A stretch of DNA of 63,799 nt, filler included. It is 11 parts of 11 records of this genome, joined end to end, with 100 filler letters (N's around TTAATTAATTAA, not from the genome) between each part and the next. Parts side by side here need not be neighbours in the genome. Positions count along the whole stretch, not along the records: positions 23,271 to 28,554 come from SRR15195285_3234; positions 28,655 to 32,336 come from SRR15195285_3235; positions 32,437 to 40,639 come from SRR15195285_3236; 8 more parts are not named here. The stretch is one strand, 5' to 3'. Below, piece after piece: positions 23,313-34,089 of the stretch (position 1 is its first letter; the number at the start of each line of letters is the position of its first letter). Both the position numbers and the translations under genes were made by a program. Below the pieces are notes generated by a model. That model did not search any database and was not told the DNA's origin. It worked only from the letters and a program-made list of their open reading frames with translations.

Positions 23313-25285
23313 ATGCCTGCTGGTGACCCCCGCATCATAGGCGTGCGCGCCCTGCCACTGAAGGGCTCCACTCCGGACGGCGGATGGTCCCAGGTGCTCA
23401 GTCACTCACTCACGTAAAATTGGACCGCCGCACTGACACTGCGGAGCTCCACCGTTGCGGATGGATTTCCCCATACGCATGCCTGTGGGCGTTTATTCTG
23501 TGCTCACACAGCGCAATTCACTGGGCACGGTGGCGATCTGACTACGGCGAACTTTGCTGGTCGATGCAGGGCTTCGATGAGGAGGAGAACTTGCACACGC
23601 TCATCGAGGTGACTACGGATGTGGGCGTAGGCGGCATCGGCTCCGTCTTCACCTCGTTGCTATTGGTGGAGGGCTCGATCCAGCTGCTCTCGAAGCACCT
23701 GATCGGAGAGTCTGCGCAAGAGCCGATGCGAGTGACCGAGAAGCTTCACCAAGAGACCTTCTGGCAGTGAGCACGTGCTGGTGCACGCAGACTCTCCGCT
23801 GCTTGCCAGTGCCCACCGACTGACACGCCGGGTGCGGCATGGCAGGGGCCGTGGTGGCTCGGTGACCCACACTATCTCGGGTATCGATATCGCATTGTGG
23901 GACATCTTCGGAAAACTCTGTGGCCAGCCGATCTCGCGTCTGCTCGGGGGGCGGTACCGTGAGAAGGTCCGCCCTTATGGCTCTCTTCTAATGGCTGAGC
24001 CGGACGAAATGCGTCGTCGAATCAAAGATGCAATGGACCGCGGCTTTCGCTCGTTCAAAATCGGCTGGGGACCCTTCGGTCGGGTAGATGCTGGTATTTG
24101 CCAGGCTTACCAGTCCTTTGTCATTGCCGATCGTATGTGAGCAGTCGCTGCTGGCTTGCATTTTGTTTGTAGCAATGGACGAGGCGATTGTCTCTGCCGC
24201 GCGTGACCAGGCGGGGCCTGAGTGCGAGATCATGGTAGATGCTGGTGGTTCCGATGCATATTGGCCACACGGCTACAAATGGGCGCTGCGGACTGCCACC
24301 ATGCTTCACAAGTATGACGTCACATGGTTCGAGGAGGCCTTGCGCCCAGACGATATCGAAGGATACGTGAAGCTCACCGAGCACGCACCTCTACCAATTA
24401 GCTCTTGCGAGGTGAGCGTCCACCACCGATCAGTGGTTCTCAACTGAGTAGTTTGTTTATTCTCCACCCACAACGCGTACCTGTACTACTGGTTGACATC
24501 ACATCCCTAGTGGCTCAGAGTTAGCGGAAGATCTTCTGCGGCAAGTGGTTCTCAGCAGTCTTGGTTGTGGTTGCACCGTGTCAGGTGTTCACCCGGCGTC
24601 AGCAATTTGATGAATGGATCGAACGACGTGCAGTCGATTACATTCAGCCAGATGTCACAAAGTGTGGCGGTCTCTCCGAGGAATACAAAATTGCTATGCA
24701 CGCGTGCGTGTCGCAGCAGTTGCCGAGTCATGATTCTGAGGCGCTTGCTTCGTGAGTGCCCTGACAACTGCGTGTCTTGCTATGGTCAGATATGAGCGTG
24801 CAGTTCTCTTTGTGCCACATGGTTGGAACACTGCAGTTGGACTCGCCGCCGACCTCCAGCTCGTGGCAGCAGTGCCAGTGGCACGGTGGGTCGAATACAT
24901 CACTCCCGCACCATATATCGAAGATTTGATGTCTGGTAAGGATTCCACATGCAAGTATTCCCCGTCCCGCCAACGTGCCTTGCTCGTCTGTGCTCGTTTT
25001 GCCTCCTGGCACGGGAGAGAAGCAATACAATCGAGCGCCAACCGTTGGCGTTTCGTATCGCTTGCGTTGCATGCAGGAAACCCCTTTGGGATCGACGAAG
25101 ACGGTCTGATGTCAATTCCGACTGGCCCTGGGCTTGGTATCTCGTGGGATGATGCCGGAATTTTGGAACACACTGGGCTAAAGATCTCCAGCCAGATTAC
25201 AGGAGTGGTCGAGCCTCTGACTCGACAAGTGTTGTCGTGCGGCACCAGTGGCGAGAGCAGCCACAAGCAGCGACAGCGACTTTAA
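23313..25285 (+). CDS. Mandelate racemase/muconate lactonizing enzyme family (enolase superfamily), probable acid-sugar dehydratase
   Basis: Seven exons (introns 23393-23569, 23767-23845, 24094-24172, 24412-24584, 24704-24789, 24936-25076). Motifs ISGIDIALWDIFGK..GQPISRLLGG, GFRSFKIG, IMVDAG, WFEEAL, CE, YIQPDVTKCGG, VPHGW and PTGPGLG. Confidence 0.93.
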
Positions 25286-26201
25286 AGCTCTAGATGCAGC
25301 CACCTAGCAAGGAAGGATATGGTGCGGCCGGCTCAGTGGTAATTATGGCCAATGGTGTAGGATGGAAACGGTCATTTCAAGCATCCGCACCATCTTTACG
25401 ATTTTTCTCAAATCTAAGGCTTCTCACAACGTTCTTTGAAGAGCGCCAGCTCTAGCAACACATAATGTCAACTAAAGACCGCGCTCTAGACGGCTCGCAG
25501 TCGCCTCGCTATGCCCCATTTCATTGGGCCGGAAATTCTGCCTCGGATCAAAGTCATTCCACCACACAGCACGCCGACGACACGCCTTGCATTCACGTTG
25601 TAAGACTAACGATCCACGGCTGTCTATTTTGACTTTCGGCACTGGATGCTTGCAATTAGGATTTGTGCATGGAATCAATCAACGTATGGCATCGAGCTGC
25701 ACCTTCAACGTCTAGTAGACGTGTCATCCGACCGGCCCAGGCCGGTTGCCACAGCTGCCCCCGCACATCGTCCCCACCCCAACATACCCACCCAACAATC
25801 GGAGCTAGAAGGCTATCTCCCCCGCCTTCGTCAGCAGCCCCGCCCTTCCCCTACAGCATCACGCCCATCCCCGCCGCGCGCTTTTTGCAAAATCCGCGCG
25901 CGTGTGAATGCATGGTCCTGCATGGCTGCCGAGCGTGTTTACTAGTGCGCGCGGTAGGTGTGCAATGCAATTGAATTACACGGTAGGTGTGCGCAGAAGC
26001 GCAAGGTTGGTCGGTTGTGGTTTGTGGGTACGCTCTAGCTAGAATGGTAGCGTAGGGGAACGAAGGGGTGGTGTGCCAACATTTTACATGAACTACCACT
26101 ATCTGCAGGAGCCCTGCTCAAATTCCCTGATCAGCATTGACGTAGCCATGCCCATGCGAACCAGGTGCACACAGTAGGCCATCGCCCGATCCTAGTCTAC
26201 T

Positions 26202-28554
26202 TCAATTCCGGCAAGCCTCGCTTGCAGCAGATTGAATTTGTAAGGCGGCGCTGGGGCCGAACGCTCCAGCTACCGCTTGCCAAATTTGGTCGTGCGCCGC
26301 TGAAACAACACACGTAATCTGGCCATTAGCTAGCGTAGAAGCTGAAGCCACAGTGGTTCGAGCAAAGACGAACCCGTTGCAGATATCATTCACTCCAGAG
26401 CGCTCGAGAGCCCGGGCGTAGTTGTCGATTGTTGTTGCCGTGGTGGATGATGAGTCGTACATATGGATCAGCTTGGCGTATCGCTGTGGGGTCCACTTGC
26501 AGCCGCACAACACTGTGGCTTCAAGGCTGCAAGGTCGTATGTCACCATTCTCGTCCCGTCTGCGCTCCAGCGTAGCTCCCATCTCCCACCAGTGTTGCAG
26601 CTTGGCAGGGTACCCGTCCGCATTCGGCAGATTGGCCACGACTGCAAGTATTCCACCGTTTGGGCGCAGCAAACCTCTGCTCTGCGAGACTGCAGCCGCT
26701 GTTAGCTCTTCCCCGGACCAGCCACCGTCACCGAATGTTTCTAGCCCAGCAGCTTGCTCGGGATTCGGGATGTACGGTGGATTGATCAATATTGCATCAA
26801 ACGTACCGGGATTCGAACGTTGAGGCAGGATGGATGCAACATCACAAGCATCGCCACAGTAAGCTGCCACTTGAGTTGAAGCTGCTGTGTCATCATCAGT
26901 AATACCATTAAGCAACGCATTGAAGCGTGCAAACCTCACAGCCCGTGGCGACCGATCGATCATGGTCAGTGATGTTGTCCCAGCGCCGCGGGCCTGGCGG
27001 CACTTGGCAATGGCTAGTGACTGTATCCCACACCCGCAGCAAAGGTCGAGCACTTTAACAGCTGTGGGCAGCTCTGTGCTATCAGAGCAACGTGACATAG
27101 CAGGCGAAACTGATGTCAGCGGCCCGTCAGCAGCTACCAGCGATGCAACCAACCCCAAGGTGTCGGGCCCAACATCTGTTGACGACACAAAAGTTCCGCT
27201 GTGTGAGCAGCCGAAACGAAACATCGGGCACTGTCGGACACAGTACTGATCCACACGGAATATCAGATGGTTGTCTTACACATCACCGGCTCCTCTTGTT
27301 GTCCGCCAAAACGAAGTGTAGCTGATGCGTTTGGCCAGTCTGTAGCAACATGGAAAAAGCACTTGGCATCGGCGTTCGTACCCAACGGTACAGGCACAAG
27401 CTGCACAGCACTTTGCCATGCACTTGTCATTGCGCTGCGGTCGTCTGAATCGCCATCTGATGATTCTGACGATCTCTGGTTCTCAGATGAACAAGGTATT
27501 CCGGCTGGCTGCCACATAATGCCAAGACTGGTGATGACGTGCAGAACCTCCATCCCTCCGACAGCAGCTGCCACGCGGTCAATGCTCTCCATCGACTGAC
27601 CCAGAACGAACAGACGCACAAGATCTAGCAGTTGCAACGGTGGTTGTGCTTGCTCGGATTCAAATTTGTCCAGCCAGGCCAGTGCCTTTGCATTGGCTGC
27701 AGATCCTGGCCCTAGGTCCCAAGCGGGGAGGTACGTGTAAGCAAAACTATCACCACCCACAGTGTTTGACGACGATGGCGACATCTGCTCAACACGCAGC
27801 AGGTCACACACGGTTGCGCAATCAAAGCCAGCTGCACTAAGTGTGTCTCGAAAAGTCTGAATGGCTTCCGAGACTGTCTGGGACGCCCGGTCCGGATGGG
27901 GCAGCAGCACCCGCGTAAGTGCCGCAGCTCTACTCATCGCGTGTGGAAGTCCAGCGCAGGTCGCACGCTCCCACTCGCATATTCGCCGCCTCGGAAAAAA
28001 GATGCTGTACGCGACACCGTCCTCGGGGTTGATAAACGGCACCATCAAGAACGCAGCCGTGTCGGGGTCAGGATGCTCCGCCGATGGTATGGGAGCAAAG
28101 CTTGAGCCGATCTCGTCTAGCACATAGTGCACCAACATCGCACCACCATCGCCGCTGTCGATCGAGTAGCTGCCACTCAGGCCCCAGACTCCACGCATGA
28201 GCCACTCCACGTCGTCGTGCTGCTGCCACTCGGCTCCGTCGTCGACAGCGGCCCCGCCAGCCATGCCCTCGCCACAGCGCCCGAGCAACATCGCTCCGAT
28301 CCGGGCGCGCAGCTGTGGATGCTCTGCAAGCTGCCCGCGGGCCATGTCTGGGCCGCCAAAGCTCCACGCGTGGTCGCACAGGAAGATGTCCTCAGCGGGC
28401 TCCATCGCTCTGGCAGCGACCAGCTGCATGCTCGCCACAGTGGGAGCCGAGGCTGTCGCGTCCTGATCGCGAGACAGACGGTCCAGACGCTGCTGTCGGC
28501 CCTCGCTGGCTTCGTGTACTGCTAGCTCCGGCTCCGGCTGCGGCTGCGGCTGCG
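26202..28554 (-). CDS. TTLL12-type SET-like domain fused to class I SAM-dependent methyltransferase (NPPY type), 5'-truncated
   Basis: Frame is open to the contig edge. IFLCDHAWSF..ARGQL, YVLDEIGS and VPF..GVAYSIFFP match the TTLL12 N-terminal pattern. Intron 27176-27279 gives VMY|VGPDTLGL, followed by VLDLCCGCGIQS, IDRSPRAVRFARFNALLNG and FDAILINPPYIP. Confidence 0.8.
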
Positions 28555-28654
28555 NNNNNNNNNNNNNNNNNNNNNNNNNNNNNNNNNNNNNNNNNNNNTT
28601 AATTAATTAANNNNNNNNNNNNNNNNNNNNNNNNNNNNNNNNNNNNNNNNNNNN
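28555..28654. other. Artificial contig linker
   Basis: N44-TTAATTAATTAA-N44. Confidence 0.98.
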
Positions 28655-28672
28655 CAGGTGACCGGCGGCACC

Positions 28673-29134
28673 ATGGCAGAAGAGCCGCTGCAGGTCGTCG
28701 GGTTGCCGTCTAAGCTGCCACTAGAGCTGGGCGAGCTGCCCGAGGACGCATTGCTGAGAATCTGCAGCTTCCTCGGAGTGCAGGAGCTTCGCCGGCTGGC
28801 GTGCGTCTCCCAGCGGTTCTTTGTGAAGTGCGTTTTGACCCCTGGCAGCAGCAGCAGCCGCCGCCACAGCAGCCGCAGCATCAGCAACCAAGGTGGAGGT
28901 GCAGCACTAGAGATGCTATCAGTCGTGGAAGAGGCGGCGCGCCGATGGGTGGTGGGACGCAGTGAGCAAGAACGTGGCTGGGTGTCTTGGCTTGGATTGA
29001 AGAGCTGGTTGTGCGAAATGCAGCAGGTAGAAATGCTGCGACAGCCGCTCTGCTCTCTGCAGACCCTTGTCCCAAATTTGTGCCGGGGGTACAAAATCCG
29101 TCCCAGAAATGTAGCAAACTCTGTTCCGCAGTAG
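28673..29134 (+). CDS. Short F-box protein (possibly truncated or a pseudogene)
   Basis: F-box LGELPEDALLRICSFLGVQELRRLACVSQRF. No recognisable substrate-binding domain before the stop. Confidence 0.7.
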   Translation: MAEEPLQVVGLPSKLPLELGELPEDALLRICSFLGVQELRRLACVSQRFFVKCVLTPGSSSSRRHSSRSISNQGGGAALEMLSVVEEAARRWVVGRSEQERGWVSWLGLKSWLCEMQQVEMLRQPLCSLQTLVPNLCRGYKIRPRNVANSVPQ

Positions 29135-29647
29135 CTTAGCGTGGGGCGGAGTTTGCTTGGTGCTGCTCGCATGATTGTGCGATGGTCCTATCATGGGCAT
29201 GGACTGGTTAGGGTGCTACAAAGCCTCCGCCAACCAACCGTTGCGTGATCCGTGACTGCGCAACGAATGCCCAAAAGAGGGTGGAACATGACTAGATCTA
29301 CTACCGTACATGCTACGGGAGTGGCGATAGCAACGACAACAACCATTCTAGGAATTTCAGTGGTTGCGAAGCTTTGGCCTCGACTGTTGGTCAACCCGCG
29401 ACGCCTGGGTATCCTCCGGCAATCACGAGAAAGGGTTGTTTAGCAGCCAACTGTTCACCCTAGATAGTACCTGCTACACGATTGTACGCTCGCATGAGTT
29501 GCGGGTTACGCGTACAGCCTGTTTCATTGAATCGGATATGCACTTGAGAGCTTGAGAGATGCCACGCCGTAATGAGGCACAATGGCACAGGGCATGAGGA
29601 TCGTTGCCCTCTATGTCAGCACGTCTTGATCTGTTGGACTGTCGACC

Positions 29648-32065
29648 CTAGCACGAGGACACAGGTAGCTGCGTCTCCACCAAGCAACCTGGTTCGCCAT
29701 AGGCCACGCCACATCCTTCTAGGGAGAGAGGCAAGCACTCCAAGTCGACACGTTGGTGCAGCAGCTCCAACGGCTCAATCACCATCAAGTCTTCCAACAT
29801 TTGCCCGCTCGGGACAGAATTAGGCATAGGCGAACTGGTTAGCCTGCGCATGAGGGGCCACACAAGCCTGAAGAACCACGGACTGCGCACCATACTGACA
29901 CGTGACACAGCAAACCAGGGCACTGCCTCAGCCCAGTCTGAGAACATTTGGCTCGCAGCTGCGTCCATGTTTTGCGACTCGATACATGCGCCGAAGCCAT
30001 CATCAATAACATGGATTCCCACTTCGAGCGCGTCAGGGTAGGTGGCACAGAGGGAACCGTAAACCAGATGCATTGCCTGGAACATTTCCTTGCTCGTGAA
30101 GATTGTGCCAGTCCAGCCTTCCACGCCATCGTGCAACACCTTCATGCCTGAGCGAAAGATGACAATATAACTCCCAGCCTTATTCTTTTGGCCGGTACCT
30201 GCTCAGGGCAACGCACGTGTTTTCAACTAGCGGAACCAGGCTGCGGTCAACTTGCATTTTGCGTGATGATGCGTCCCCGTTTTCCGCATCTAATGTTGAT
30301 CGGACTAGGTACAGTACCACGCCCCAGATTGCAAAATTGCCTGGACGAACCAACCCAGACGGTCAGACTCTTTCACCGAACAAACAAGCAAGAGGGCGGA
30401 TTGGAGTGGCAGGGATACAAGCTGCATGCCTGTGAGAGCGTGACCTGGGCCCACCTGCATGCGTTTCGAGCTCGGCTGCCCCTCCGAAACGATGTCGTAC
30501 TTATCGCGCCACTGCATGTACTTGCCAAGCAGCTCGGCAGCTAGCCCCACGTTACCGCCGCGCGCCGTGAGGCATGAGGCTGCCCACTCCGGCCGGACCG
30601 TCTCGGGCCGCTCTGCCGCTGAATCTTGGAACAACTCCGCGTGCAATTCTAAGCACTCGCGGACTGAGTTACCGGCTGGCAGTGACGACCGACCGGTCGG
30701 GGAGTACGACGTAGGCAAGGCCTGCCCGTGACCGCGGCCCTCGCGCGCCGGCGGCGTCAGATTAAGCTCGCCGACCGGAGATGCTTCTACGCCGATCGAC
30801 AGGTTGCGCATTACTTCGGCGACCGAATCTACAACCCCCTCCACCTCCGCTCGATCGACTGTGGGGTCGTGCAAAGCTACAGACTCCAACGCCTGCCGCG
30901 CCCATACAACCTCCATCCCGTTGTTGTCCCGGGCACTGCCCTCTGGCTGTGGTGGTGTCTGCGCCCTCTCGAGCATCCAGGAAGATCCATCTTCGTCCGC
31001 ATGTAGGCTACCTCCAACGCTCTCCAGCTCCAACAAGTCCCAACTAGTGTCCGAACCCGGATCGAGCGCGTCGAATTCGTCGCCAAATGGGTCGAATGGG
31101 CCAAACTGGACCGCGTTCATTCCACTGTCGTCGGTCTGCCTCGGATCCCAGTCAGTATCGAGCTCCGGATCAGGAGTGTCAGATTCTCCACTCACGGGCC
31201 ACGGTCTAGTCGCATCGACGGTGTTGGCTGGCTCCAGATGCCGCCGCCGCTGCTGCCCCGCGCCCTGACCCTCCGGAGTCGAAGCGGTTGGTGCAGATTC
31301 CTCTGGTAGCCGCCATGGAAAGGAGCGGAGCACGTTTGCATAGAAGCCCTCGCTCGCTCGCATATCGATCGTCTCAATAGCTGTGGGCCGCATGCTCCTC
31401 CCTTCGAACAGCGAGCCACTGTTCACAGGGGTCGCTGCAGGCTGTTCCACTGCTGTGACCGCTCCAGGCGCAACGCCCTTCGGTGGCTTATCCGTGACTC
31501 CCGCGACCACGTATAGGATGACGTCGCGGTTTTCTGCCCACGTTGCGTCTGGCGACGCCCGTTTCAGGAGCGAGAAGCACATGAACTTCAGCGGCTCGCG
31601 CCCTGTGGCATCACCGCCGCGAATCACCATACCATAGCGCTTGCGCACGCCCAGATTATCCCGGTACAAGTGAAATTGACCACCGCGTCGGCCGCCTGAG
31701 AACCGCCACTTGTCGCCGCCAGGGGCGCGGCGGAGCGGTGGCCGCTCGAGGAAGACTTGCATCTTCGCGCTGTCCTCCACCACAACCGGCCGGCACCCCT
31801 CATACTCCCGCGAGTCTGTGCCCATCAGTGCACCAAGCGCAATATCCCACGCCAGGAGCGACTCATCCGGCTCGCCCGTGCTGCGTGTCGTCTCTCCTGC
31901 ATCGCCGTCCGCCCAGGAGGACCGCCCCGCGGACGGCGCTGGCAGCAGCTTCTTCTTCGCTGCAACCTGCTCCCCCTTCTGCTCCTGCTCCTCCTCATCC
32001 TCCTCCTCCTCCTCCGCAGCCACAGCGACTGTTCCAGCCTGAGTGGCCCGCTTCCGCCTCGGCAT
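29648..32065 (-). CDS. Putative CG-1/NAC-like DNA-binding domain plus acidic region plus C-terminal CRAL-TRIO domain
   Basis: C-terminal CRAL-TRIO: CLTARGGNVGLAAELLGKYMQWR, GIHVIDDG, VRSPWFFRLVWPLMR and LPLSLEG. Introns lie in ~30200-30454 with exact junctions uncertain. N-terminal basic MPRRKR and a globular domain at ~31490-31860. Confidence 0.75.
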
Positions 32066-32336
32066 TGCTTTGGGTTGACTGCCGGTACAGAGGGCGCCGC
32101 CCCAGGGGATGAGGCCTACGTTACAGGGGGTGAGGCCGCGTGCGCTGCCTGCTGCATGCTCTGCGCCTCTGCCTGATGCATGCGTCGCAAGCCCGCAAGG
32201 ATGCGTGGGACGCGGATGCGTGGGACGCGTGCCTCGTAGCGTGCGTCATTCGAGTCAGTGCGCGCGAGGGTCGTCGGCGCGGTACTCGGGATGATGGGCT
32301 ACCGTGGTTTTGGCCCTAAGGGCACATCGCATACAG

Positions 32337-32436
32337 NNNNNNNNNNNNNNNNNNNNNNNNNNNNNNNNNNNNNNNNNNNNTTAATTAATTAANNNNNNNN
32401 NNNNNNNNNNNNNNNNNNNNNNNNNNNNNNNNNNNN
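32337..32436. other. Artificial contig linker
   Basis: N44-TTAATTAATTAA-N44. Confidence 0.98.
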
Positions 32437-32445
32437 GCGACCACT

Positions 32446-32461
32446 CAGAACCTGGGCACTC
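32446..32461 (+). promoter_or_regulatory. Conserved promoter-region motif copy (CAGAACCTGGGCACTC)
   Basis: Exact AACCTGGGCAC core, ~222 bp upstream of ATG 32683 and ~10 nt from the contig start. Confidence 0.65.
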
Positions 32462-32682
32462 CTCTCTCTCAAAATCGACTATCCAAAATAAATACGTCGT
32501 CCAGTACCTGGTAGTGAGTAGTCCCGCGGGCCCGCGCGCGCGGCTCCCGCCCGCTGCCACGAGTGCCAGGTGCCCCGCGCAGAATAACGTTCAAAACGTA
32601 CATACGCACGCGTACGCGACACTTGGCCCTCAGAACGACCCCCGCCGGCGCGGCGCCAGAGAGGACGAAAAACTGCTGGCGT

Positions 32683-34033
32683 ATGTCTTCAGTTGCAAAC
32701 GACCGGTTTGCACGGACGCTCGGCCACCTGCTGTCTGATGCTCCTCACCTACTAGTACACCCAGATGATCTGTAAGTGGACTGTGTATTTTTCGCTGCAT
32801 GCTTTAGTCGAGATTACTCTAAACTTGGCCTCGCCTGAACTAGTGAACCACTGTTTAGGTCTGCTCAGCTCACTCACTGTATTAGTGCCAAATCGGGTGG
32901 TTCCAGTGCCATTCGCCCGTACCGTCTCATACACAGTGGTTTGGCGTCTCAGAGACAACGGGACGGATCAACTGGATGATGCACCTGCACATCATCTTGC
33001 TGAAGTTCGTTCGGGGGTGACGGCCGCGAGTGCGCCCACAGGATTCGTGGACCGGGAGCACTTCGAGCGGCATGGCTATTGCATTGTGAGAAATATGCTG
33101 ACGGAGGAGGATCTTACCAAGGTCGAGGATGACTATGATGTGCTCGTAAACCAGCGCGCTCAGCGCTGGCTGGAGTCGGGGTATTTGAGCACAACCCACG
33201 GCGACAAACCATTCGACAAGCGGCTGGCGGCTATCGCTGCCGATTTGCCCCAGGAGATTCAGGAGTCCGAGCTTCGCCCGTTTCTTCACGAAATGGACAC
33301 GATGAGTGCGCGGTGTAAGGGTACCTTCGAGTTCTTCTTCAGCGAAGGGCTGCTGGCTGCCGTAGAACAGCTCGTTGGACCAGAAATTACGCTGAACCCG
33401 ATCCAACACATCCGTCCGTACATTCCACATCGGTTCGCGGGTGGGTATGGAAGCACCACATGGCATCAAGATCAGGCTGTCACGCAAGAAGAGGCAGACG
33501 GTGTAGATATCGTGACCTGTTGGATCCCGTTCACTGCCGCTACACGTGAAAATGGCGCGCTGCGCATTTTGAAAAACGTGGCTGGCGAGAAAAACCTAGT
33601 CATCGGTCATCACGACGACGACGAGACTGCAAACCTCTGGCCTGGCGGGGAGCCGGTTGATTGCCTTTTGAACCGAGGCGATGCGGTCTTCATCTCTGCG
33701 TATGCCCTCCGATGCCAGCTTGCACATGCGAGAGAAAGTGGATAAGTCCCCTCCTTGCTTTCGCCAACACATTGCATGACTGGTGCGCTGTACAGTTACA
33801 CGCCCCATCGCGGGACGCTCAATAGCAGCGATACGGTCCGATGGAGCATGGATCTGCGCTTCCAGCGCACAGGCACACCTACTGGCCGCCCTGCACATCC
33901 CGCATTCGTGCTGCAATCCCGCGATAATCCGAGCAGGGTCCAAGATTCGTTCGACGAATGGTGTCAGCGGTGGGTTGAAGGTATCGAGAATGTACGAAGC
34001 GGCAAGTTTCCACACGGGCACCGAAAGGCCTAG
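32683..34033 (+). CDS. Phytanoyl-CoA dioxygenase (PhyH)-family protein
   Basis: Introns 32772-32952 and 33700-33795. Motifs FERHGYCIVRN, VEQLVGPEI..NPIQHIR, WHQD, TCWIP..ATRENGAL, GDAVF, TPHRG and RWSMDLRFQ..G.PTGRP.HP. Confidence 0.9.
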
Positions 34034-34089
34034 CATAGACAGTGACTCTACAGTGACTGTGACCAAGCTAGCTCAAACGTGAATCCCAT

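Noticed and set aside
25472-25930. Small minus-strand Zn-ribbon-like ORF (CTNPNC...CKAC), with an in-frame TGA upstream suggesting readthrough or Sec
   Set aside because: No ATG or clean splice acceptor, a second stop lies a few codons further upstream, and no SECIS is evident. At most a gene remnant.
15624-29134. Apparent cluster of ubiquitin-system genes (U-box, BC-box-like, F-box) as a linked system
   Set aside because: They lie on three different contigs joined artificially, so adjacency is meaningless.
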